Positions 37,789 to 48,431 are shown, numbered from the stretch's first letter. The stretch is 64,000 nt of DNA from Treponema sp. OMZ 838 (GCF_000775995.1 NZ_CP009227.1:1902296-1966295); one strand, 5' to 3'. Translations and numbers: made by a program. Notes: generated by a model not told the origin, from the letters alone.

Positions 37789-38025
37789 AGTATGCTCCCT
37801 TTGTATCGTAAGATTTTTGATCATTTTCTACAAACCGGAATCTTATAGAAAAGATCGCAATTATTGCAACTTCTATTGCAGTGCTACAACATAATAACAT
37901 ATTTATAGCGAAAATACTATGGATAGGATATCTCTAAAAAACTCACGCAGATTTGTTTCGCGTTCTTCGGAATAGATACACTCATCCCCTTGACACCTAC
38001 CCCAATCGGTTGTATTTTTATATGT

Positions 38026-38035
38026 GTTAGCTAAC
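38026..38035. promoter_or_regulatory. palindromic operator GTTAGCTAAC downstream of a TTGACA-N17-TATTTT promoter, ahead of the tetR-family gene
   Basis: Perfect 10-bp palindrome. The same palindrome occurs twice more at 38742-38757 and 38764-38777, ahead of the ABC exporter genes. Confidence 0.45.
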
Positions 38036-38040
38036 GCTGT

Positions 38041-38667
38041 ATGCAAAAGAAGGAATCCATGCCGAGAGACAAAACCGCCAATCATATAAAAATTATAGCT
38101 GCGGCAAAAGCCGAATTTATGGAGATGGGCTTTGATAAGTCTTCCATGCGGCGCATTGCTGAACGCTGCGGTATGACGGCTGCGGGAATATATCGGCATT
38201 GTGTGGATAAAGCAGACCTCTTTGATCAAATTGTCGCTCCTGCGGTGGATCGCATAAACGCTTGGTTGGATGCGCACGTTGCGCGGTATGTGGATGCAGT
38301 CCATCACGAAGAACGTATACAGTGGCGGGATTCTGAAATCGACATGATGCGTGAGATTATCTATCCGAACATGGAAGAATATCATCTATTGCTGGCAAAA
38401 TCGCGGGGGAGTAAGTACGAGCATTTCCTCCACGATCTTACAGAGGGGCAGCAAGCGCAGCTTTTACAATATATGCCGATGCTGAAAGCGCAAGGCTACG
38501 CGGTGAGGGATATTACTCCAAAGGAGCTGCATCTTTTGCTTTCAGCATATACGACTGCTCTTTTTGAACCGGTTATCCATAATTACAGCGTGAAAGAAGC
38601 ACTCCGCTGCTTAACAACGGTAGAGGCATTCTTTGTTCCGGGCTGGAAGCAGTTGTTAGGGTTCTGA
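38041..38667 (+). CDS. TetR/AcrR family transcriptional regulator
   Basis: N-terminal TetR HTH (IIAAAKAEFMEMGFDKSSMRRIAERCGMTAAGIYRHCVDKADLF). Confidence 0.8.
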   Translation: MQKKESMPRDKTANHIKIIAAAKAEFMEMGFDKSSMRRIAERCGMTAAGIYRHCVDKADLFDQIVAPAVDRINAWLDAHVARYVDAVHHEERIQWRDSEIDMMREIIYPNMEEYHLLLAKSRGSKYEHFLHDLTEGQQAQLLQYMPMLKAQGYAVRDITPKELHLLLSAYTTALFEPVIHNYSVKEALRCLTTVEAFFVPGWKQLLGF

Positions 38668-38741
38668 TAGCTTGCATAATTGAATAGTGTTAAAAGACAC
38701 ACCGCCTCGTGTGTGAAGAGTGGCGATGAGTTTAAGTAAAT

Positions 38742-38777
38742 GTTAGCTAATGCTAACTATTGTTTGTTAGCTAACAA
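38742..38777. promoter_or_regulatory. two GTTAGC-N-GCTAAC operator palindromes upstream of the ABC exporter
   Basis: GTTAGCTAATGCTAAC and the perfect 14-bp palindrome TTGTTAGCTAACAA, 10-30 nt upstream of the RBS. Confidence 0.45.
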
Positions 38778-38791
38778 AAGGAAGTTTGCTT

Positions 38792-40537
38792 ATGAAGGAA
38801 AAAGAAAAAAGTCCTTCGCCTATCGCGTGGGCGTTGGGACAAACAGGGGAACACAAAGGACAATATGTTTTGAGTGTTATCCTCGCAGTCATCGGTGTGG
38901 CCTTTTCCATCGCACCGTATTTTGTTGTTGCCGGCATCGTACATGGTTTGATGGGCGGAAACAAAGACCTTTCATATTATATGATACGTTGTCTGATTAT
39001 CGCAGCGTTCTGGTTTTGCCGTGTACTGTTTCATGCGCTCAGTACATCGACAAGTCATAGAGCAACGTTTGCAGTACTCGCTGAACTCCGAAAACGCTGC
39101 ACGGAAAAACTGACAAGAATGCCGCTGGGGGCGGTGCTGGAGCAAAGTTCCGGGGCGCTCAAAAATACGCTCATCGAACGTATCGACAGCATTGAAACAA
39201 CACTGGCGCATATCGTTCCGGAGTTCACCGCAAATTTACTGATCCCCGTCATCATTTTGATCTACATTTTTACCATTGATTGGCGTATGGGGCTGGCTTC
39301 GCTTGCAACGATACCGGTGGGATTTTTCTGTTATAGTCTTATGATGAAGGGCAGTCCTCAATTTTATCAACGCACGGTTACAGCCACCAAAGCGCTCAAT
39401 GATACGGCGGTTGAATATATCGGCGGTATTCAAGTCATCAAAGTTTTCGGAAATACAAAAAGTTCCTACGACCGCTTTGTGCATGATGCCTATGAAGCCG
39501 CTCACAGCTATATCGATTGGATGCGCTCCTGCATTCTCACCTTTACATTCGCCACGGTAATCATGCCCGCTACAATGGTTTCCGTGCTCCCCATCGGCGG
39601 TCTTTTGGTAAAAGGCGGCTCTCTTTCTCCGCAGAATCTGGTAACAATTATTATTCTGTCTGTCGGCATCATCACACCGCTTATAACCTTGATGAGTTAT
39701 TCGGACGATTTTCGAACCATGGGAACCATCTTCGGTGAAGTTCAAAGTATTCTGTATGCTCCCGAAATGGAGCGCCCTGTAGACGGAACTGTTCCAAAGA
39801 GAAATACGCTGAAACTGCAGGATGTTCATTTTTCGTATAAGGAAAAGGAAGTGCTTCACGGCATTTCGATGGAAATCCCGGAGGGCCGTTTTATTGCGCT
39901 GGTCGGTCCTTCCGGCAGCGGAAAGAGTACCATTGCGCGCCTCATCGCTTCGCTTTGGGATGTGAGCAGCGGCTCAATTTTGCTGGGGGATACGGACATT
40001 CGCGCAATTCCGCAAGAGGCCTATTCGGATAAGATTGCCTTTGTCTCGCAGGATAATTATCTATTCAACATGACGGTCAGGGAAAATATCCGCATCGGAC
40101 GGGCGGATGCAACTGATGCGGAAGTGGAGGAAGCGGCGAGACAAAGCGGTTGCCATGAATTCATTATGGAGCTGGAAAACGGTTACGATACTTTGGTAGG
40201 CACTTCCGGCGGGCATCTTTCCGGCGGCGAGCGGCAGCGTATTTCCATTGCCAGAGCAATGCTGAAAGCGGCGCCCATTATCATTTTGGATGAAGCAACC
40301 GCATACACCGATCCTGAAAACGAGGCGGTCATTCAGCGCTCTATCTCGAAGCTGACGGAGGGGAAGACGCTCATCGTGATTGCGCACCGGCTCTCGACGG
40401 TCTCCTCTGCGGATTGTATTTATGTCATTAAAGACGGCGCCGTTGCAGACAGCGGAACTCATGATGAGCTTCTTTCTCATCACGGGTTATATGAAACGAT
40501 GTGGAATGCACATATTGAGGTGAAAGATCATGCTTAA
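38792..40537 (+). CDS. ABC exporter, fused permease/ATPase subunit (heterodimer partner 1)
   Basis: Six-TM domain plus NBD (GPSGSGKST, LSGGERQRISIARA, IIILDEAT). Confidence 0.9.
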   Translation: MKEKEKSPSPIAWALGQTGEHKGQYVLSVILAVIGVAFSIAPYFVVAGIVHGLMGGNKDLSYYMIRCLIIAAFWFCRVLFHALSTSTSHRATFAVLAELRKRCTEKLTRMPLGAVLEQSSGALKNTLIERIDSIETTLAHIVPEFTANLLIPVIILIYIFTIDWRMGLASLATIPVGFFCYSLMMKGSPQFYQRTVTATKALNDTAVEYIGGIQVIKVFGNTKSSYDRFVHDAYEAAHSYIDWMRSCILTFTFATVIMPATMVSVLPIGGLLVKGGSLSPQNLVTIIILSVGIITPLITLMSYSDDFRTMGTIFGEVQSILYAPEMERPVDGTVPKRNTLKLQDVHFSYKEKEVLHGISMEIPEGRFIALVGPSGSGKSTIARLIASLWDVSSGSILLGDTDIRAIPQEAYSDKIAFVSQDNYLFNMTVRENIRIGRADATDAEVEEAARQSGCHEFIMELENGYDTLVGTSGGHLSGGERQRISIARAMLKAAPIIILDEATAYTDPENEAVIQRSISKLTEGKTLIVIAHRLSTVSSADCIYVIKDGAVADSGTHDELLSHHGLYETMWNAHIEVKDHA

Positions 40538-42269
40538 AGTTATTAGAAAGTTTTTTGCGTTCTGCGGTGAAGAAAACCGCCGGAAATTTATCACTTCCAT
40601 TCGGCTCAATGTTATCCAGGCGCTGTTTGAGGCGCTAAAGATTCCGGCGATTGCAGTGATGATTCGGGCGCTGATGAACGGAACGGTAGACACAAACGAT
40701 ATCCTGCTCTCGTTAGGGATTATGCTGATCAGCATTGCCGGATCGGGATTGCTAAAATCAAAGGCTGTTATCTTGCAGACCGAAGGGGGCTATGACACTT
40801 GTGCGAAAAAACGAGTGGAGATTGCGGAGCATCTGCGGTATCTTCCGATGGGATACTTTAACGCCAACAGCCTCGGGCAGATTACGTCTATCACAACTAA
40901 TATAATGGAAAGCCTTGAAAATATTGCAACCCGTGTGGTAATGCTTGTCTGCGACGGTCTGCTTACAACTTCGCTTATTGTCATCATGTTGTTTTTCTTC
41001 GATTGGAGAATCGCCTGTGTACTGCTCTGCGGTTTTTCGCTGTTTCTTTTTGCAAACAGCCGTCTCCGGATTGCTTCCGAAAAGGTGTCGGGAAAAAAGA
41101 TACGCGCAGATGAAAGACTCGTAGAAAAGGTTCTGGAATACCTGCAAGGAATGACCGAGGTTAAGGCTTACCGGTTGACGGGAGTTAAGAGCAAGGAATT
41201 AAATGAGGCTATCTCGGAAAACAGTAAGATCAATATCGACATGGAAATGACACTGGTGCCGCGCATAGCATTGCAGAGTTTTATCGCCAAGCTTACCGGT
41301 GCGGCAATGGTAGCTTTTTCATGCGTATTTTATTGTGCCGGAAGTATGGACGCGCTGAATGCTGTTGTCATGGTAATCTCCTCATTTATCATCTATACCA
41401 GTCTGGAAACGGCAGGACAATACTCGTCACTGCTGCGCGTAGTTGATATGAGTGTTGACCGGGCGCAGGAAATTCTGAACACGCCGCAGATGGATATATC
41501 CGGAGAAAATATTACACCGGCAGTGCGTGATATTACTGCGCAGGATATAGCATTTTCGTATGAGAAGCGAAAGATCATCGACGGGATTTCATTGCATATT
41601 CCTGAAAAGACCACGACGGCGATTGTCGGACCTTCCGGCGGAGGAAAAACCACCTTAGTAAATCTGCTTGCACGGTTCTGGGATGTAGACGGGGGAACCG
41701 TTATGCTGGGCGGCCGGAATGTGAAAGATTACGATATGGATTCCTTGATGGCGAATTTCAGTTTTGTGTTCCAATCGGTCTATTTATTCCACGACACCAT
41801 CGCCAACAATATCCGCTTTGGTCAGCCCGGCGCTCCGATGGCGGATGTGATCGCTGCGGCAAAAAAAGCCTGCTGCCATGACTTTATCTCAAGCCTTCCC
41901 CAAGGATACGATACGGTTGTCGGTGAAGGCGGCGCAAGCCTTTCCGGCGGCGAAAAGCAGCGCATCTCTATTGCCCGCGCCATGATGAAAAACGCACCGG
42001 TCATCTTTTTGGATGAGGCAACCGCCAACGTTGATCCCGAAAATGAAAACGAACTGATGCACGCCGTCCAAGCGCTTACCGCCGAAAAGACCGTCATCAT
42101 GATAGCCCACCGGCTGAAAACCGTTGAGAGAGCCGATCAAATCATCGTCGTAGACCACGGCAAGATTGTACAGCAGGGCACACATGCCGAACTGATGGAG
42201 CAGGACGGCATTTACCGAAACTTTATCGGCGAGCGTCGCGAAGCTGCAAGTTGGAAGGTACATAAATAA
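40530..42269 (+). CDS. ABC exporter, fused permease/ATPase subunit (heterodimer partner 2)
   Basis: NBD motifs GPSGGGKTT, LSGGEKQRISIARA, VIFLDEAT. 8-nt overlap with the partner gene. Confidence 0.9.
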   Translation: MLKVIRKFFAFCGEENRRKFITSIRLNVIQALFEALKIPAIAVMIRALMNGTVDTNDILLSLGIMLISIAGSGLLKSKAVILQTEGGYDTCAKKRVEIAEHLRYLPMGYFNANSLGQITSITTNIMESLENIATRVVMLVCDGLLTTSLIVIMLFFFDWRIACVLLCGFSLFLFANSRLRIASEKVSGKKIRADERLVEKVLEYLQGMTEVKAYRLTGVKSKELNEAISENSKINIDMEMTLVPRIALQSFIAKLTGAAMVAFSCVFYCAGSMDALNAVVMVISSFIIYTSLETAGQYSSLLRVVDMSVDRAQEILNTPQMDISGENITPAVRDITAQDIAFSYEKRKIIDGISLHIPEKTTTAIVGPSGGGKTTLVNLLARFWDVDGGTVMLGGRNVKDYDMDSLMANFSFVFQSVYLFHDTIANNIRFGQPGAPMADVIAAAKKACCHDFISSLPQGYDTVVGEGGASLSGGEKQRISIARAMMKNAPVIFLDEATANVDPENENELMHAVQALTAEKTVIMIAHRLKTVERADQIIVVDHGKIVQQGTHAELMEQDGIYRNFIGERREAASWKVHK

Positions 42270-42601
42270 TTATATGGAGGTTCCCCTCACTGCGTTCGGG
42301 TGGGGGAAAAATCTGACAGTGGAAAAAAGCCTTAAAAATGGTATAATATCGGCAAATATGTAGAGAGAAAACTGTGAAGAAAAAGGTGGTGAGTTCATTT
42401 GCTGAACTCAATAACTGGAACTTAGAAAGCAAAGAAATAAAGCAAGAGGTGTTGTGAGATAATACATATGTGACAAGAATATACAAAATGGCTTGCGAAT
42501 GATATAATTAAATGATATAATTTAAATATAAAAGATGTTGATGGTTTTTTTGTATTGTGGTTAGAAAAACTTATGCAGTTAGAAGGAAAGGAGAATTAAA
42601 G

Positions 42602-44200
42602 ATGATTACAAAGAGCTTCGAAAGAAAATTAGAAAAACTTGGTGCATTTGAAATTAGCTTTGATATGTTGAAATTATCAGAAAAGAATGAGAAACATTTG
42701 AAATTTTTGAATGCAGGAAGAGGAAATCCTAATTGGATTAATACCTTGGGAAGATTAGCTTTTGCAAGACTGATGGAATTTGGCGTGTCAGAATGCAAAA
42801 GAACTCTAGATAAAGGAGATTTAGCTGGATATGTTGACTCCAATGGAATTGAGGAGAGGTACAATGCTTTTTTAAATCGTGACGATGAGGTGGATGTATT
42901 TCTTAAAAAGATCGTGGAGTATAGCGTAGACCATCTAGATTTAGATAAGAAAAGCCTTATTTTGGAGCTTACAAATGGCATTATAGGAAATAATTATCCG
43001 GTTCCTAGCCGTTGTTTGGAGAATACGGAGCACATCATCAATGCATTTCTTCAAAGCATTCTATATGGGAAGGCTAATTTAAGAAAAAATACTAAGGTAT
43101 TTCCAGTAGAAGGCGGTACGGCTGCAATTGTTTATATATTTGATTCCTTAAAGCATAATGGACTACTTAATGATGGAGACCACATTGCAATCAACACACC
43201 GGTATTTACTCCTTATATTCAGATTCCGAGACTATCAAATTTTGATTTAGCAGAGGTCGATCTTCAAGCAAGGGAAGAAAATCAGTGGCATATTCCAGAT
43301 TCTGAATTTGAAAAGCTTTTGGACCCTTCTGTCAAGGCATTTTTCTTAGTGAATCCATCAAATCCGGGTTCTCGTAGTCTTACAGATGAGTCTTTGGAAC
43401 AGTTAAGAAAGGTAGTTGTAAAGCGTCCGGATCTTATTATTATAACAGATGATGTATACGGTACTTTTGTAAATGGATTCCGCACTGTTTATTCCGTTTG
43501 CCCAAGAAACACTATTTTGGTTTATTCGTATTCAAAGCTTTATGGTGTTACAGGATGGAGACTCGGAGTTATAGCAATTAATGAAGATAATGTTTTTGAT
43601 GAACTGATTAAGAAGCTTCCTGAGAAGAAGAAAAAAGAACTAGAAAGCGATTATTCTATCGTTACATTTAATCCTTCGGAAATGAGCTTTGTTGAAAGGA
43701 TATGTGCAGACAGCAGATCTATTGGATTGTATCATACAAGCGGGCTATCTACACCACAGCAGATTATGATGGTTCTTTTTTCTATGACTCATTTGGTTCT
43801 TGAAAATGAAAAGGATCAATACATTGAAGCTTGTAAAGAAATTACAGCGATTCGTTACCACAATTTAATGTCTACATTAGGCTTACCTGAGGATAACAGT
43901 GATTCCAATGCTAAATATTATACACTGATTGACATATATCAACTTGCAGAGACAAATTATGATAAGAACTTCGCAACATGGCTTAGAAATGAATTTGAGG
44001 AAATAGATTTTCTTTTACATCTAGCAAAGGAAGATGGTGTTGTGTTGATGGAAGGAGTTGGTTTTGGAGCAACTCCGGGTACAGTCAGAGTTTCAGAAGC
44101 AAACTTAGCGGACAATGATTATAAGAAAATAGCAAATCGTATCCTGTCCCTTTTGAAGGAGTATTACGAAAAGTATGCAAAAGAGAAAAAGGATAAATAG
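42602..44200 (+). CDS. asdA: aspartate 4-decarboxylase (bifunctional aspartate aminotransferase / aspartate beta-decarboxylase, AsdA)
   Basis: Collinear match to AsdA: LNAGRGNPN, FPVEGGTAAIVYIFDSLKHNGLL, and the PLP-lysine region YSYSKLYGVTGWRLG. About 530 aa from the MITKSF start (RBS AAGGAG). Low-GC sequence. Confidence 0.85.
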   Translation: MITKSFERKLEKLGAFEISFDMLKLSEKNEKHLKFLNAGRGNPNWINTLGRLAFARLMEFGVSECKRTLDKGDLAGYVDSNGIEERYNAFLNRDDEVDVFLKKIVEYSVDHLDLDKKSLILELTNGIIGNNYPVPSRCLENTEHIINAFLQSILYGKANLRKNTKVFPVEGGTAAIVYIFDSLKHNGLLNDGDHIAINTPVFTPYIQIPRLSNFDLAEVDLQAREENQWHIPDSEFEKLLDPSVKAFFLVNPSNPGSRSLTDESLEQLRKVVVKRPDLIIITDDVYGTFVNGFRTVYSVCPRNTILVYSYSKLYGVTGWRLGVIAINEDNVFDELIKKLPEKKKKELESDYSIVTFNPSEMSFVERICADSRSIGLYHTSGLSTPQQIMMVLFSMTHLVLENEKDQYIEACKEITAIRYHNLMSTLGLPEDNSDSNAKYYTLIDIYQLAETNYDKNFATWLRNEFEEIDFLLHLAKEDGVVLMEGVGFGATPGTVRVSEANLADNDYKKIANRILSLLKEYYEKYAKEKKDK

Positions 44201-44217
44201 GATAAGGGGGATTTCAT

Positions 44218-45951
44218 ATGAATATAGGATTAATCTCACATGAAGTGTTGGAAACAGCACAGCATATTACGATAACAGGTTTTTCCGATATAGCCCATTA
44301 TTTGATTGCAAATCCGGTTATTTCTATCTTTATATGTCTTGCACTAGGGTATCTTATTGGAAAGCTAAAAATCAAATCCTTTACTATAGGTGCCACTGTA
44401 GGAACTTTGCTGGTAGGACTTCTCATATCCCTGGTATTTAAGGGGGCGGGAACCTATGAGATTGACGGAACTGTAAAGACAATCTTTTTCTCACTGTTTA
44501 TTTTTGCTATCGGATATGAGGTGGGACCTTCATTTTTTGCAAGTTTAAAAAGCTCCGGCCTTAAGATTATTATCCTATCCCTTTTCTTCGCCGTGGTAGC
44601 TTTTGCAGTTTCGATTGTTTTGTTTAAGGCTTTTGGTATCGGAGCGGGAGAAGCCGGCGGAATTTTGGCCGGTAGCCTTACACAGTCTGCAATCCTGGGA
44701 ACAGCGGATTCCACGATGAAGGGAATGCTTTCAGGCACAGAACTGAAAACAGCGGAAAGTCAGATGGCAATTGCCTATGCGCTTACCTATGTTTTCGGAA
44801 CCGTTGGGGTAGTGGTGTTTTTGAAAAACGGTGCAGCGAAGTTAATTGGTGTAAATCTGACAGATACTGTTAAGAAGAAAATCGATCAAACAAATTTCCA
44901 TGAGTCTTCTTCGGAAAATACTGTTGTTGGAAATATCAAAGCACGTGCATTTTGCATAGAAAATGGTGCAGAATTTATTGGTAAAACAATAGGTTCAGTG
45001 GAAGAGCAGTACGGGGATGATCTTACAATAACGAAAATCATTCGAAAGGGTACACAGGTGAACCTTGCACCGGATGTGCAGCTCCTGGAAGGGGATACGG
45101 TTACGATTATCGGACTTCTTGATGCAGTATTGCATTTTGAAGCTTCTGGCATGGAGGAAACTAATGATTCAGAAGCTCTTAGGCTAGATGTGGTAAAGCA
45201 AGAAATAGTTTTAACTAACAATTTCTCTCTAGATGTTATAAAGAATCTTTCAAAAAATGGAATCGTCATTTCAGAAAGGATGAGAGATAACAATATTCTC
45301 CCTGAAGAGGAGGAGTTAAAGGCTCTTGATCACTTGATATTGGTGGGACCGAAAGCCTTGATTGCGAAGGTTGTAAAGAAACTTGGTTATGTGAAGGATA
45401 CAGGTACCGAGACAGATGTATCCTTCATCAGCATGGGGCTTGTATTCGGTTTATTAATCGGTGCAATCAGCTTCGTAGTATCCGGAATTCCGATTACACT
45501 CGGATCCGGCGGAGGTGCCTTGATTGGAGGGCTTTTATTCGGATATTATCAGGACAAACATTCTAACTATGGACTGATGCCGAAAGCAACACGGTGGTTT
45601 TGCAAGAGTGTGGGACTGAATCTATTTATCGCCATTGTGGGGCTTACATCCGGTGCATCCTTCTTATCCGCCCTGCAATCGATGGGCGTAAAGGTACTTT
45701 TAATCGGTGTTTTGGTAACCATTTTGCCTCATATTGCTTCCGTTTACTTTGGAAGATTTGTGTTAAAGTTGGATGCTGTAGATATCATTGGTGCTCTATG
45801 TGGTGCTGGAACGTGTACAGCAGCACTTAACGGAGTTGTGGAGGAATATGATTCAAGTATTTTTGCTATAGCATATACACCAGGATATGCAATGGGAAAT
45901 ATTTTACTTACAGTCTTAGGTCCTCTTGTAGTAGCAATATGCATACATTAG
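44218..45951 (+). CDS. aspT: aspartate:alanine antiporter AspT-like (AAE transporter family, YidE/YbjL/AspT)
   Basis: Duplicated TM domains around a central soluble region with two TrkA-C-like repeats. Immediately downstream of asdA, as in the Tetragenococcus aspD-aspT operon. Confidence 0.75.
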   Translation: MNIGLISHEVLETAQHITITGFSDIAHYLIANPVISIFICLALGYLIGKLKIKSFTIGATVGTLLVGLLISLVFKGAGTYEIDGTVKTIFFSLFIFAIGYEVGPSFFASLKSSGLKIIILSLFFAVVAFAVSIVLFKAFGIGAGEAGGILAGSLTQSAILGTADSTMKGMLSGTELKTAESQMAIAYALTYVFGTVGVVVFLKNGAAKLIGVNLTDTVKKKIDQTNFHESSSENTVVGNIKARAFCIENGAEFIGKTIGSVEEQYGDDLTITKIIRKGTQVNLAPDVQLLEGDTVTIIGLLDAVLHFEASGMEETNDSEALRLDVVKQEIVLTNNFSLDVIKNLSKNGIVISERMRDNNILPEEEELKALDHLILVGPKALIAKVVKKLGYVKDTGTETDVSFISMGLVFGLLIGAISFVVSGIPITLGSGGGALIGGLLFGYYQDKHSNYGLMPKATRWFCKSVGLNLFIAIVGLTSGASFLSALQSMGVKVLLIGVLVTILPHIASVYFGRFVLKLDAVDIIGALCGAGTCTAALNGVVEEYDSSIFAIAYTPGYAMGNILLTVLGPLVVAICIH

Positions 45952-46136
45952 TTATTTGAGTAGATAAGATAGATAGATTCATACATTTATTTTAAGGAAA
46001 AGTGGTTGTATAATATTTAGCGTTGGTGAGAGAAAAAATCCTCTCCCAACGCTAAATTTTTACAAAAAAATAGGAACACACATCAAATCTCGTGTATAAT
46101 TTAAATCGCACAAAATAAAAAACAAGGAGAAATGAT

Positions 46137-46705
46137 ATGTGTTCTAATGCTAGTATAACAGAAATCTTAGGAATTAACGATAAGAATTTAGTAATTTTAG
46201 GTAACGAAAAAGAAAATATTAAGGAGATAGAATATACAGTCTTAAGGGGAAAGCTTTCATATAGGCCAGCTTGCTGCCCTAAGTGTGGTATAGTCAATGA
46301 AAATTATGACATTATTAGAAATGGGAGTCAGACTGTAAAAATACTTTTTAATAGGGTTAATACAACCCCTTTGATATTGATGGTTAAAAGCAGAGATTTT
46401 TCTGTAAGCATTGCGAGTCAACATTTATGGCTAAAACACCTATCGTAGATAAGGGGTGCTTCATATCGAATGATGTTAAGAGGTCTATAGTTTTAAACCT
46501 ATGTGAGACTAAGTCAATGGACCTAATTGCAAGAGAACACTGTGTATCTCCTACTAATATTGCCAGAATACTCCGTTTAACTGAAGATAGGAGAAGAAAA
46601 AATATTCTATCAATAGATGAATTCAAGTCAGTAAATACAGTTGATGCGTCTATGAGTGTAAATTTAACCGATTTAGAAGAAAGAAAGGTTTCTGATATAA
46701 TGTAA
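46137..46705 (+). pseudogene. ISL3-family transposase, N-terminal portion only, with a frameshift in an A-run near 46375
   Basis: zf-ISL3 motif (CCPKCG). The continuation KQRFFCKHCESTFMAKTP appears in another frame, followed by the HTH region. The DDE domain is absent. Confidence 0.75.
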
Positions 46706-47700
46706 ATCTACCAAACCACATTAAGGAGAAACCTTTCATATGAGTAGTATATCAGAAATATACCGTGTTCGTCAACGGGCAATTGAGTATGCAATAAAAC
46801 ATAATAATAATTCAAAGGCAGCAGTGAAGTATAAGACATCACGTCAGCAGATAAAACGTTGGAGAGACAGATACGACGGCACAGTCCAGTCTCTCCTGCC
46901 AAAAAGCAGAAGACCTAAAAGCCACCCAAACCAGCACACGCAAGAAGAAGTAGGGATGGTTATGAAAAAGTACAGGAAATTTGGCTATGAAGGGCTGGCA
47001 GAAGTTTATGTCAAAGCGAGAAAGGAAGGCTATAGCCGTACATACGATTCAATGTGCAAGATAATAAGGAAAATGAAGGGCAATGCCAAAGAAAAGCCTA
47101 AAAAGCTGCATAAAAGAAAAAAAAAGGTTGAACAGGCGAAGTACCCTGGGGAAAGAGTACAGATAGACATAAAATATGTTCCGGAAGAATGCATACAGTT
47201 TGGTACACGTGACCAGAAGTATTATCAAATAACGGCATTAGATGAATATACAAGAAAAAGAGTGTTAAGGATAGCAGATGAAAAAAGCACCTATCAGACC
47301 GCAAAGTTTCTAGAGAACTTGGAAAGGGAGCAGGGATTTGACATAAAGAAAGTTCAGACAGACAATGGGAAAGAGTTCACAAATTCTGAAAGTGATAAGA
47401 AAACACTGTTTGAGCTGAAACTGGAGGAGAAGGGGATAGAGTACGTGACAACCCGTCCATATTCGCCATGGGAGAATGGAAAAGTGGAAAGAAGCCACAG
47501 GCTTGACAGCAAGTACTATGCAGACAAGAAATTTAAAAGCAAGGAAGAACTGTTAAGGGCAATAAGGAAATACAATACAAGATACAACAACATATCAAGA
47601 AAAGTACTAGGCTTTAAGAGTCCAAATGAAGTGTTAAAAGAGTACAAGCAAAATCAGTAGGTTAAAGATACATTAGGAAAGAAACATTTTTTTTAATATA
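46706..47700 (+). mobile_element. IS481-like insertion sequence that truncates the ISL3 transposase gene
   Basis: The transposase ORF begins 35 nt after the point where the ISL3 reading frame ends. Terminal inverted repeats were not resolved by eye. Confidence 0.5.
46740..47660 (+). CDS. IS481-like (rve/DDE integrase-core) transposase
   Basis: N-terminal HTH; DDE core with VQIDIKYV ... DNGKEFTN ... YSPWENGKVERSHR. Single 306-aa ORF. Confidence 0.75.
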   Translation: MSSISEIYRVRQRAIEYAIKHNNNSKAAVKYKTSRQQIKRWRDRYDGTVQSLLPKSRRPKSHPNQHTQEEVGMVMKKYRKFGYEGLAEVYVKARKEGYSRTYDSMCKIIRKMKGNAKEKPKKLHKRKKKVEQAKYPGERVQIDIKYVPEECIQFGTRDQKYYQITALDEYTRKRVLRIADEKSTYQTAKFLENLEREQGFDIKKVQTDNGKEFTNSESDKKTLFELKLEEKGIEYVTTRPYSPWENGKVERSHRLDSKYYADKKFKSKEELLRAIRKYNTRYNNISRKVLGFKSPNEVLKEYKQNQ

Positions 47701-47851
47701 TTTTTGTAACAAATGTTTGACATCTATACAGAAAGCAAAGAAATAAAGCAAGAGGATTGAATATAAGCACACAGGTTAATTGATATTTAGCTTGAGTAAA
47801 TGGCAAAATGTGGAAAAAGTGATATAATGAGACGGACGAGAAGATTATAAG

Positions 47852-48250
47852 ATGAACAATTATATAAAATTAAATGAAGATAGATGGAATAATGTAAAAA
47901 ATGACTATACTGAGCCATTGACACATGAAGAATTAGAAGAAGTTAGAAATAATCCAATTTCTGTTGCATTAACTGTTGGGAAAAAAGTTCCGAAAGAATG
48001 GTTTGAAAAAGCCAACGGAAAAAAGATATTAGGTTTAGCTTGTGGTGGTGGACAGCAGGGACCGGTTTTTGCTATAAAAGGTTATGATGTAACCATAATG
48101 GATTTTTCTAAATCACAATTACAAAGAGATGATATGGTTGCTAAACGAGAAGGCTTAAAAATCAACACAGTTCAAGGCGATATGACAAAATCATTTCCAT
48201 TTGAAAATGAAACTTTTAATATCCCCATCAACAACCATGCTTTCCAATAA
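47852..48250 (+). pseudogene. class I SAM-dependent methyltransferase, C-terminally truncated fragment
   Basis: Motif I (ILGLACGGGQQGP) and motif II are present, but the ORF ends after 132 aa. Confidence 0.5.
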
Positions 48251-48431
48251 TGAAAAGTTCCTGCAGGTAAAAACAATAAAATTCCTATGGCCACCACGCC
48301 GAGAGAAAACTTTAACAGTGCTTTAAAGCATAAATCTTTTTCCATACAACCTCTTTTATATTCCCCTTCGCTCAGTTCTTTATGAGCTGTATAATTTTTT
48401 CACAATGCCTTTCTGTTGTTTTTACGGAAAC

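Noticed and set aside
37903-38385. 160-aa ORF opposite the TetR gene
   Set aside because: It overlaps the TetR HTH coding region on the other strand.
42340-42600. T-box or riboswitch leader upstream of asdA
   Set aside because: An extended -10 (TGGTATAAT) and a hairpin (GAGTTCA-TTTGC-TGAACTC) are present. The conserved T-box sequence and specifier features are not, so it is treated as a plain leader.
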